Below, piece by piece: positions 27,572 through 36,385 of a DNA stretch of 64,000 bases. The notes beneath the pieces were generated by a model. The model did no database searches and was not told the DNA's origin. It was given only the letters and a program-made list of their open reading frames with translations. Numbering within the stretch: position 1 is the stretch's first letter; each line of letters opens with the position of its first letter. Origin of the DNA: a bacterium (lineage in GTDB: Bacteria; RBG-13-61-14; DATKZS01); NCBI GenBank assembly GCA_963674965.2, contig CAXXFL010000006.1, forward strand, positions 928,001 to 992,000. The letters are read 5' to 3'. The position numbers and the translations under genes were made by a program.

Positions 27572-28038
27572 TCCCACTCCTCCGCGATCCGGATGTGTTC
27601 TTCAAGGATGCTCTGATCGGCGGTCTCAAACCTCTCCTTGTTCTCGGCCTTGTACTTTTGCCAGGCCTTCCAGTCTTCGACCATCCCCGGCTCCGAAACC
27701 TCCATGATCAATTCCACGTGGAAGCGCCGGTCCATGTCATCGAACAAATCAATCAGGTAGGTGTCGTCCTGATCCCAGCGCCGGACCTTGATGGTGTGCG
27801 AATACTGGAACCCTTGGTCGTAGCCAGCCATCTTGAAAAGGAGCCAGAAGTCCACGTGGGTCATTTCGCCCGAGGCGTTGAAAATCGGGGCCACGCGGGT
27901 GACCGTGTAGCTGTCAACCAGGCCCAGGCGGATCGACTCACTGCCGCGCTCCCGCATCTCGATCCACGATCCTTGCTGGTTGAACTCCGCGAACAGGGCC
28001 TGCAGTCGCTCTTTTTCCTTTTCGATAAACTCCTTCAT
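27568..28038 (-). CDS. Hypothetical acidic protein, candidate immunity gene of the MuF protein
   Basis: ATG 2 nt after the MuF stop; 156 aa starting MKEFIEKEK. Confidence 0.65.
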   Translation of the reverse strand: MKEFIEKEKERLQALFAEFNQQGSWIEMRERGSESIRLGLVDSYTVTRVAPIFNASGEMTHVDFWLLFKMAGYDQGFQYSHTIKVRRWDQDDTYLIDLFDDMDRRFHVELIMEVSEPGMVEDWKAWQKYKAENKERFETADQSILEEHIRIAEEWE

Positions 28039-28040
28039 GC

Positions 28041-31000
28041 TCACCTCGCAATCACAATATCCTCGACCTTGCGGCCGTCGGGAAGTTTCACGATACCCTT
28101 CTTGCGGAATGAATCCAGTATCTTTTTCCGCTCGTTCTGGCTCCCGACCACGATGACCTCGATGTTGTCCAAGAGCGTCACCGAATACTTGAATATGGTC
28201 TCGTTGCCGCTCTTCTTCGCGAACCTTTTCCACTCCTCGGGAGTGCTGCCGCGATGCCGCGTCACGTAGTCGTCCACCACTTTGCCGTAAGCGTCATGGT
28301 CGTAACTTATCGCGTCCATCCGGCGCAGGAGCCGCTTCTTGAAGTACAGCCCGGTTTCGCCCGGCCCTCTTTCCGGCACCTTCTTTATCCGCGTGAAAAA
28401 GTAGCTTGCTCCGCCGGTTCTCATGTCCTCTTCGGGCGACATTCCTCCCACCGGGACCCCGGCCCGCAGTTTCTCGACGGTGCTTACCGCCGCGCCGTTC
28501 TGCTCGATCACCTTGTCGAGGAATGAGGACACGCTCTCTCCATTGGTGAGGTGGTGATGGAGCGCATAGCCTTTCATCTGCTTCTCCAGGTCCTCGTCCG
28601 AGATATCGAACCGGTATTGATGCCTGTAACCGGCGCTTTTGCCGGGCTGCTTGAACGCCAACTGGTGCTCGCCGATGGGATCATAACCCGGCATGCGAGT
28701 CAGGTCTTTCACGCCCAGGCGTTTTTCCCAGAACGACCGCATCTCCCGGACACGGACTTCCTTGCTCGCGGACCGCCGATCAAGGTCGGCGACTATCTTC
28801 TTGTATGCCGCGTCCTTGTCTACCTTGGACAGATAAGCCTGCTTGTGAAGGTAGAGCAGTTCGGCGTCCTCGGCGGTAGCCGGGGTGGAGTTGAGTCCAA
28901 GGCTCTCCATGTGCTCCATCGCCCGCTCCATGCTCTTCGCGTCCGGGCGATCCGGCAGAACTATCTCGAACTCGCCCCGCTGGGCATAGAGGTTCTTCTC
29001 CGACCAGGGGCGGTACACGGCCTTTATGCCGTCGCCGAAGTCAACTTCGTACTGCTCGCCAGCCTTCATGCTGTGGCCCTTGAACATGGCGGAATTGTCC
29101 GAGTTCTCGTTCACCACCACCAGGTCGCCCTTCTTCAGTTCGCGTTTCTCGTGCAGGACCTTCGAGCGAGTAACCTTGAAACCCGCGTCCTTGGCCTTAG
29201 CCGGGCGAGGCGATTCGTGCTTCTTGGTATAGGCACCGAACATTTCATTTATCGGCTTCTTGGCCCGCTCGGCATCCTCGATCTTGGAGAGCCAGGCCAG
29301 GTACTCGTTGGCCATGCCCCGAACGTCTGGGTCGCTCGACTGGGCCAGCTTCTGGAGCGCCTTTTCGTAGCCCTTGGCCTTGTTCAGCTTGTCCTGGTTG
29401 TACTTCTTGTCGTCTTTGTGGTGGTTGATGGTCTTGGCGGCGGCCAGGATGTCATCGGCGAACCGGTCCTCGGGCAAGGTGTCGCCGACCTTGGTCGAGG
29501 CGGGATCAATCCCGGCCTTCTTGAGCGCCTCCAGGATTTTCGCGTCGGCCTCGGGCCGGACCTTCATTTTGACCACGGTCCGCTCCTTGCCCTTGGCTTT
29601 TTCAACGAAAATGAGAGCGTTCTGGTCCTCGATGTCATCTTCGTCAATGGGAAGCGCTTTTCCCTGCCAACCAAGGCGCCTTACTTCCTCGATTAATTTT
29701 TCATCCTCCGGACCGAGGCGTCCCTTTTTGGCGATAGGTTCAGCCGCGTCCTCGAAACGGAACCCCTTTTTGCCAAGGACGTCTGAGTAGAAAGATTCGA
29801 AGTCGCGACGAAGGTTGCGCTTTCGATCCAGGGCCGTCTCGTAAAAAGCCTTCTTTTTCGCTTCGTCCTTCCCGAACCGGCCCTCGACGTATGGGCGCAG
29901 CATATCCAGATAGTCGTCATCCGATATTTTTTCGACTTCGCGGATGTACTTCAGCGTGACGGAGGGGTCGGGTTTAACCTTGCCTTGCTTGGCCGCCCTG
30001 AAGACCGCGTTGTAAAAAGGCTCCTGCTCGCCGAACTTCTGGTTCGGGTGATAGTCGATGGAAAGCTTGTCCTCGCCCAGGTGCTTGAGCAACTGCCCTT
30101 TGTCGATGCCGTAAATCTTGCCGCTCCTGGAGCGGAGGAACTGCTTGGAGTGGCCGTCGTGATTAGAGATGAGCCAGTCGATCACGTGCTCGCGCTGGAT
30201 CTGTTCAAGCTCAAGGGTGGTGAGGTCGGTGGGGTCCATGCCCGAGAAGTCGATCTTGGACTGAAGGTCGGTGCGCCATTTCTGGATCGAGCCGAGCTTT
30301 CCCTTGAGTCGAATGGTACGGACTTCGATGGCGTCAGGATCGATCATCCGGGCGATTTTGTAAGCGGCCTCCTCGCCGTAAGCGATGAACTCGTCGCCTG
30401 ACTTCTCGACCGGTTTGAACATCCACTTGTCGCCGTTCTCGTCGGTCCAGAATTCCTTGCTGTGAGCGCCTCCCACCTGGGCTTTCCCGGCGGGCTTGAA
30501 CTTGCCCGCTTTCCTTTTTGCCTCCCAGGCCTTGTCCGCATCCTCGAATTCCGATCCCTTCTTGGTGAAGGTCGGCTTTGCCACTGGTTCAGGCTCGGGC
30601 GGAGGCGGGGCTTTTACCTCGGGTTTCGGTTTCGATGCTTTCTTCTTGCCGCCGTGTTTCTCGGCCCAGGCGGCATGCTTTTCCTCGATGGCTGCCTTGG
30701 CCGCTTCGACCTTCTTTGGATCGGTCTCGCTGAACAGGGTGACCAGTTCATCCTTGTTCGCCCACTGCCAGTGCTTGAGCTTGGTGTCCTTGGCCAGGGT
30801 CTTGAGGTCGCCCACCTTCATGCCCGCCAGTTGCTCCTGAAACACCTTCTTCTTGAGCGCCAGTTCCTTGGCATGTGATTCAAGCATCTCCTGCGGCAAA
30901 ACACCGCCTTCTTCGAGCGCGGTTTCTGCATCCTTAACCGCCGCCAGGAAGTCTTCGTATTGGGTGGGCGACTTGGGCAGCACAACCTTGGCAGATGACT

Positions 31001-32612
31001 CTTCCACGCTCTCCTTGGCTTTTTTGATCTTCTCCTTGGCGGCGGTCTCGACCGCCTCCTTCTTTGCTTTCTCGGCAAGTTCCTGGCCGGCGGATTTCTC
31101 GATGGCCTTGGCGAGTTGCTCCTTGTTCTTGAGCGGCCCGATGTGATGCTTTTTCTTGGCCGCCATGAGGTCTTTTCCCTGAAGGCCCGAGTGGTCGATG
31201 CCAGGCTCCAGTTCATCCAGGAGATCGATCACGTCCTGCTTGGTCATATTGAGGGAGATGCCCTTTTCCTTCGCCATCTCCTTTAGCTCCGCCGCCGATA
31301 AACCCTGCAGTCCCTTTGGATCGGGAATCTTCTTCAACTGTTCGGCAACCTGCTGGGCCTGCTTGAGCGCAGATTGTTTCTCGGCCAGGAGCTTGACCAG
31401 TTCTTCCTTGGTTCTTAGAAGCCCTATCTTGTGCTGCTTCAGCTTTGCTTTGAGCGCCTGGCCTGACAGGTCCGAGTGGTCGATGCCGGGTTCTGCCTGA
31501 TCCAGTAGCTTGATAAAGTCGGATTTGGTGCGGGCTATGGAAACGCCGTTCTGTTTGCTAAGGGCCTGCAACTGCTTTGAGGTAAGGGCTTCCAGATCGC
31601 CGATCCCTCCCTTTTCGAATGCGGCCTTCAGCTTGGCGTCCTCGGTTGCTTTGGCCTTGGCTTGTCCCTCGATGGCTTGTGGCGGGAGGATGCAGGCGGA
31701 AGGTTCATCGGCCGCCACCGCGCCCAACTCTCCACCGCAGATTTTTAAAGGCCAGGCCGGGAGGTTGCTGCAGCGACAATTGGGGTGAGCGGGTTGCTGT
31801 GGGAAGCGGTCGATGTCATAAGTCTTGCCGTCGAGTGGACCGCACACAGGACATACCCGCTCGTCCTCCATGGTCATCCATTCGAGCTTTCGAACGCCAA
31901 CGTGCTTATGGAACTTGATCCTCCCCTGGTTGTGAGCTCGCAGTACTTCGGTCCGGGCTATGACCTCCATCCGGTATTGGGCCTTGCTGAACACCTTCGA
32001 GCCTGCGTGTCTGAAAGATTCCGGGTCCTTCACTACGTGGCCCAGGTCGCGAACAATGTCTTCCACGCCCTTGCCCGTGGCGATCCCCGAGAACACCACC
32101 CGCTTGATCCCGTCCGCGAGCTCCCGGTTTACGTCCCCAGCCAGGATCAGGTTGTAATTGGTCATGAAGTCGAGCGCGTCGGTGTCGACCAGGGTGAAGA
32201 CTTTGGTTGAGAGCTTATCTATGCCGTCGGGCTTGAGGTCTCGGTAGAAGGGCAGTTGGGCCGAGGCGAATTCATCGATGCCCTGGTAGATGCCCTGACG
32301 GAAGGACGCCTTGGCCGCTTTCTTGAACCGAAGGGTCTGCTCCTTGCGAAGCGTGGCGGTGATCGACTGGAGATCGGCTTCGAGTTTCTTGAGGCCCTCT
32401 ACAGCCGCGAGCTTGTTGTCGGGAAGAGATCCGAGCGTCTTATAGTGGAGAATGACCTTTCGGACCTCAGCCTCGGCGTCGGCCAGAGTTTCAGTAAGAT
32501 CAGCGGCCACCTGTTCGGAGTAGAGGTTCCTGTGCTTGACGCTCCGCTCCGTGGCCTGGCGGATGGCTTCGGCTTGTGAAAGTGATGTGCTCGCGGCCAG
32601 GGATGAGAGCAT
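28041..32612 (-). CDS. MuF (SPP1 gp7-like) head morphogenesis protein with HeH-like repeats, HipA/PI3K-like kinase domain and C-terminal extension
   Basis: IARTEVLRAHNQG, DERVCPVCGPLDG and PAHPNCRC (MuF); WMFKP, GEEAAYKIA, DWLISNHDGH and IYGIDKG (kinase); directly after the portal gene. Confidence 0.88.
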   Translation of the reverse strand: MLSSLAASTSLSQAEAIRQATERSVKHRNLYSEQVAADLTETLADAEAEVRKVILHYKTLGSLPDNKLAAVEGLKKLEADLQSITATLRKEQTLRFKKAAKASFRQGIYQGIDEFASAQLPFYRDLKPDGIDKLSTKVFTLVDTDALDFMTNYNLILAGDVNRELADGIKRVVFSGIATGKGVEDIVRDLGHVVKDPESFRHAGSKVFSKAQYRMEVIARTEVLRAHNQGRIKFHKHVGVRKLEWMTMEDERVCPVCGPLDGKTYDIDRFPQQPAHPNCRCSNLPAWPLKICGGELGAVAADEPSACILPPQAIEGQAKAKATEDAKLKAAFEKGGIGDLEALTSKQLQALSKQNGVSIARTKSDFIKLLDQAEPGIDHSDLSGQALKAKLKQHKIGLLRTKEELVKLLAEKQSALKQAQQVAEQLKKIPDPKGLQGLSAAELKEMAKEKGISLNMTKQDVIDLLDELEPGIDHSGLQGKDLMAAKKKHHIGPLKNKEQLAKAIEKSAGQELAEKAKKEAVETAAKEKIKKAKESVEESSAKVVLPKSPTQYEDFLAAVKDAETALEEGGVLPQEMLESHAKELALKKKVFQEQLAGMKVGDLKTLAKDTKLKHWQWANKDELVTLFSETDPKKVEAAKAAIEEKHAAWAEKHGGKKKASKPKPEVKAPPPPEPEPVAKPTFTKKGSEFEDADKAWEAKRKAGKFKPAGKAQVGGAHSKEFWTDENGDKWMFKPVEKSGDEFIAYGEEAAYKIARMIDPDAIEVRTIRLKGKLGSIQKWRTDLQSKIDFSGMDPTDLTTLELEQIQREHVIDWLISNHDGHSKQFLRSRSGKIYGIDKGQLLKHLGEDKLSIDYHPNQKFGEQEPFYNAVFRAAKQGKVKPDPSVTLKYIREVEKISDDDYLDMLRPYVEGRFGKDEAKKKAFYETALDRKRNLRRDFESFYSDVLGKKGFRFEDAAEPIAKKGRLGPEDEKLIEEVRRLGWQGKALPIDEDDIEDQNALIFVEKAKGKERTVVKMKVRPEADAKILEALKKAGIDPASTKVGDTLPEDRFADDILAAAKTINHHKDDKKYNQDKLNKAKGYEKALQKLAQSSDPDVRGMANEYLAWLSKIEDAERAKKPINEMFGAYTKKHESPRPAKAKDAGFKVTRSKVLHEKRELKKGDLVVVNENSDNSAMFKGHSMKAGEQYEVDFGDGIKAVYRPWSEKNLYAQRGEFEIVLPDRPDAKSMERAMEHMESLGLNSTPATAEDAELLYLHKQAYLSKVDKDAAYKKIVADLDRRSASKEVRVREMRSFWEKRLGVKDLTRMPGYDPIGEHQLAFKQPGKSAGYRHQYRFDISDEDLEKQMKGYALHHHLTNGESVSSFLDKVIEQNGAAVSTVEKLRAGVPVGGMSPEEDMRTGGASYFFTRIKKVPERGPGETGLYFKKRLLRRMDAISYDHDAYGKVVDDYVTRHRGSTPEEWKRFAKKSGNETIFKYSVTLLDNIEVIVVGSQNERKKILDSFRKKGIVKLPDGRKVEDIVIAR

Positions 32613-32624
32613 GGCGAATCCCGC

Positions 32625-34151
32625 TTAGCCTGGCGAGATCATGCGGGTATCGAAAAAGCGGCAGGCCTGTGAATCGAAAGTTGTCTCGGACTTCCTGGCC
32701 CGGCAGTAGTTCCTCTCCTCGTCGAAGTGGGAACAGGAATCGCAGATTTCATTCGAGGCGTTGGCCTGAGCATACGAGCCTTCCAGTGAAGAACCTCCTG
32801 CGCTGTTATCCTTGGGGTCCAGGCCCAGCATCTTCTGGGCGACCTCGACACCCATGATCCCGGCCATGACCATGTCCACGATGGGCTTTATCTGCTTTTC
32901 GTCGAGCATGTCCAGGACTTTTTTCTCGCTCTCGCGGTTGGCGGACTCGATCTCCGGGTCCAGGTCCATCTTGAGTTGGAGGCTGGCGCGGCTGATGAGC
33001 TTGCGGTCATAAAGCTCGATGAGCAGGCGCTTGAAGTCCACGGCGTCGCTTGGGTCAAGATCGTTGAACAGGAACTGGATGGACTTGTCCTTATAACCCT
33101 TGAGTTCCATCCAGTCGTCGAACACCCAGGCAAGGATTTCGCGGGCCGCCTGCTTGATCTCCCGGATCATGACCAGCATCTTCTGGAGGCTCACCGAGGC
33201 CGTTGCGAAGTTGGGACCGTCGCCCGTCACCAGCGAGCGGGACAGGCCGAGCGCCACCATGATGTCTTCCTTGACCTCCTTGACCTTGTCCTCTGCGTTC
33301 AGGACCTGGCCTTCCGTCCCGTGGGTCTCGACCGTGACGTAAAAGGGGACCACCAGCCCGCTCTTCATGTCCATCTTGTTCACCAGATCCCGGACTTTTT
33401 CCAGCATGGGCTGGTCGGGCATGACCATCTTCTGGCCGAACGCGCCCCCGACCTTGATCAGCCGGAAGGGAGTGGCCCAGCGCTTGGCGATGGCCTGCTC
33501 AGCCCGGCGATAGTCCCGAAGCAGTTCAATGGATTGAAAAGCGGGGAGCACCAGTGAGTTGCCGCGCGGTGAAAAGGGAGGCGCGTCCCATTTTAGGTGG
33601 AGTACCTGTTCAACCGGCAGGTCAATCGGGTCGCCGATTCCTCCGGAGTCCTCGGGATACTGCTTCGCCTCGGTCAGTTCGCCGTTCTCATACTTCACCT
33701 TGACCGACACCGGGTTTACGCACACTACTTCCTCGATGTCCTTGCCGCCCTTGACATAGCTCTTGAATCCGATGGCGTCGCCCTTGACCAGGAGTTGGAG
33801 GATCATGTCCTTAACAAAGGTCGAGACGCTGACGCGGTCCCCCAGGTCGGCGGCTTCATCCTTAAGACCTTCATCGTCGCTGGTGACCTTTATCTCGTCT
33901 CCCACCGCGAAGGTCCGCCACGAGTTGACACAGTTCTTGACCAGCGGCTCTTCAAGGTAATACTCCCAGGCTTTGCGGGCGCGCTCTTCCCAGGTAACGG
34001 GAATGGCATCCTTGCCGATCACCGAACTAAAGACAGAGGAGTCCAGTGCCGCCGCCGTGGCCATGGGGACCACAACCATGCCCTGGGATTCAAGGTCGTC
34101 GCTCACAACTTTTCCTTTTCCTTCCACTCGAACCTCTCTTGTACTGGCCAT
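32625..34151 (-). CDS. Portal protein (putative)
   Basis: Position between terminase and MuF; IMVALGLSRSLVTGDGPNFATASV resembles portal clip/stem regions. Start taken at ATG 34151, downstream of the repeated promoter motif. Confidence 0.8.
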   Translation of the reverse strand: MASTREVRVEGKGKVVSDDLESQGMVVVPMATAAALDSSVFSSVIGKDAIPVTWEERARKAWEYYLEEPLVKNCVNSWRTFAVGDEIKVTSDDEGLKDEAADLGDRVSVSTFVKDMILQLLVKGDAIGFKSYVKGGKDIEEVVCVNPVSVKVKYENGELTEAKQYPEDSGGIGDPIDLPVEQVLHLKWDAPPFSPRGNSLVLPAFQSIELLRDYRRAEQAIAKRWATPFRLIKVGGAFGQKMVMPDQPMLEKVRDLVNKMDMKSGLVVPFYVTVETHGTEGQVLNAEDKVKEVKEDIMVALGLSRSLVTGDGPNFATASVSLQKMLVMIREIKQAAREILAWVFDDWMELKGYKDKSIQFLFNDLDPSDAVDFKRLLIELYDRKLISRASLQLKMDLDPEIESANRESEKKVLDMLDEKQIKPIVDMVMAGIMGVEVAQKMLGLDPKDNSAGGSSLEGSYAQANASNEICDSCSHFDEERNYCRARKSETTFDSQACRFFDTRMISPG

Positions 34152-34195
34152 GTGAGCGCCACATTCGCGCCCTGTGGCGAGATAATGGACCTGCT

Positions 34196-34227
34196 GGTTA
34201 TATACCGGCGCAAAAGTAAAAGTGTCG
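34196..34227 (-). promoter_or_regulatory. Phage bipartite motif copy 3
   Basis: CGACACTTT-N13-GTATATA upstream of the portal gene. Confidence 0.75.
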
Positions 34228-34564
34228 GAAAAAAGTGGATGTATAGCCCAAAAAGTTCTCGGAAGGATGTTCAAGGGGGAATGAAACTATTTAATTAGCA
34301 GATGGCTTAATGACAGTTTTACTCTCGGATTTATGGTTTGCACTAAACCTGTCTGCAACTTTATGGAACATGATAACCGAGAATAAAGGTTTCCAGTTAG
34401 ATGCTTAACCGGTATTAAATTTTATCAGTCTTGAGCTTTTTTGACAATCAGGCCAGATAAGGCTAATAACATTGATTCTTTAGTTCCTGTTTGTCAAAAA
34501 TGACTCCATATTGTTTGACAAATAAGCTATTTAGGATTAAATTTATTAATACCAATTACACGGC

Positions 34565-35392
34565 GTGTCAAAAAATGGATTAATAGAAATGTTAAACGAG
34601 TTTCTGTCTCAGCGCGATGTTTTCACTGTCGATGAGTTCGACCGTTATCTTTCGGAGAATGGTTCGGGCAACTTCAACACCAGAAAATCCCTCTTGAATT
34701 ACTACCGAAAGCAAGGCCGAATAATACCAGTGCGACGAGGTTTGTATGCTGTTGTCCGTCACGGGAACTCTCCAGACTCAAGCCCTGTTGATCCCTTCCT
34801 CTTGGCCTCAAAAATGACCAGGGATGCCGTGCTTGCATACCATACGGCGCTTGAATTCCATGGTAAGGCATACTCGGTTTTTACCAGGCTTCACTACCTC
34901 TCTCGGCACAAATCTCAGCCTCTAAAGTTTCGATCATACGAAATCAAGGGAGTGCCTTTTCCCCGGCCACTAATAGCAACAGGCAAGGAGATGTTCGGGG
35001 TCGAGACTTCCAGTCGTTCCGGAGTTGAAGTGAGAGTGACCGGCCTGGAAAGAACTATGGCCGACGTGCTTGATCGGCCGGAATTGACCGGTTCTTGGGA
35101 GGAGATATGGCGTTCCCTTGAGTCAGTAGAGTTTTTCGATTTGAATCAATTGGTCAAATACGTCGAGTTGCTGGGTAACGCGACGACTGCGGCAAAGGTT
35201 GGATTCTTTCTCGATCAGCACAGGGAATCCCTCATGGTCGAGGAAACGCATCTTGAGCCGTTACGAAAGCTGCTGTCCCGCCAACCTCACTACTTGATAC
35301 GGGGCAAGCGCAAGGGCAGCAAATGGGTCAAAGACTGGAACTTGATGGTCCCCGCTGAAATACTAGATAGAACCTGGAGTGAAGTATTATGA
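34565..35392 (+). CDS. abiEi: Type IV TA antitoxin, AbiEi family
   Basis: N-terminal wHTH (RRGLYAV), YHTALEFHG and ERTMADVLDRP; 4-nt overlap with the toxin gene. Confidence 0.85.
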   Translation: MSKNGLIEMLNEFLSQRDVFTVDEFDRYLSENGSGNFNTRKSLLNYYRKQGRIIPVRRGLYAVVRHGNSPDSSPVDPFLLASKMTRDAVLAYHTALEFHGKAYSVFTRLHYLSRHKSQPLKFRSYEIKGVPFPRPLIATGKEMFGVETSSRSGVEVRVTGLERTMADVLDRPELTGSWEEIWRSLESVEFFDLNQLVKYVELLGNATTAAKVGFFLDQHRESLMVEETHLEPLRKLLSRQPHYLIRGKRKGSKWVKDWNLMVPAEILDRTWSEVL

Positions 35393-36363
35393 TCCTTTCC
35401 CAATCAGAGTTGCTCCCCATTGCCGAATCAACGGGCTTCAATGCCAATGTTGTCGAGAAGGTCGTCCACCTAATAAACCTCTTGAACAAGCTGAACTCGC
35501 ATCCATATCTCACCGGTAAGCTGGTCTTAAAAGGTGGGTCCGCGCTGAACCTTTTCATCTTCGATCTGCCCCGATTGTCCGTGGATATCGACCTCAATTA
35601 CGTGGGGGCCATCGAGCGTGAGGCAATGCTCGAGGAGAGGCCGAAGGTGGACCATGCAGTTCAAGCCGTATTTTCAAGGGAGGGGTTCGCGGTCAGGAAA
35701 ATACCCGAGGATCACGCTGGAGGAAAGTATCGATTAAACTACCAGAGCTTTGCCGGACAGTCAGGGAATCTCGAAGTAGACTTGAACTTCATGTTCAGAG
35801 AGCCACTCTTTGAGTTGCAGACTCTCGACTCACGACCTTTGGGCGCCTTTGTCGCGAACCATATTCCCGTCCTTGATGTGCACGAACTGGCAGCCGGAAA
35901 ACTGGCCGCTCTTTTCGCAAGGCGCCAGGCGCGGGATATCTTTGATGCCCACCAAATACTCTGCAACACCGATTTGAACCAAGACCGATTGCGAACGGGA
36001 TTCATCGTTTACGGAGCGCTGAATCGAAAGGACTGGCGGACGATATCTTTGGAAGACGTTGCATTTGATAGCAATGAGTTGGAAAGGATGTTGATCCCGC
36101 TTCTCCATTCCGGTATGGCCGTCGGGGAAGAGGATTTTTCAGAATACGCTAAGCGGCTGGTAAGAGAATGTCAGGACAAGCTGGCGATTGTATTCCCCTT
36201 CAAGGAAAAAGAAACAGAGTTTTTGGATCTCATCCTATCCAAGGGAGAAATAAAACCATCCTTGATAGCATCCGATGACGTTCTACAGAGCAGAATTGCA
36301 AGGCATCCCATGTTACTTTGGAAAGCGATGAATGTACGCAAGCATTTCGGTCTTGATAAGTAG
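35389..36363 (+). CDS. abiEii: Type IV TA toxin, AbiEii nucleotidyltransferase
   Basis: LKGGSALNL...RLSVDIDL and KLAAL..R..ARDIFD motifs. Confidence 0.9.
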   Translation: MILSQSELLPIAESTGFNANVVEKVVHLINLLNKLNSHPYLTGKLVLKGGSALNLFIFDLPRLSVDIDLNYVGAIEREAMLEERPKVDHAVQAVFSREGFAVRKIPEDHAGGKYRLNYQSFAGQSGNLEVDLNFMFREPLFELQTLDSRPLGAFVANHIPVLDVHELAAGKLAALFARRQARDIFDAHQILCNTDLNQDRLRTGFIVYGALNRKDWRTISLEDVAFDSNELERMLIPLLHSGMAVGEEDFSEYAKRLVRECQDKLAIVFPFKEKETEFLDLILSKGEIKPSLIASDDVLQSRIARHPMLLWKAMNVRKHFGLDK

Positions 36364-36385
36364 CTCAAGAAAATTTTCTAAACAC

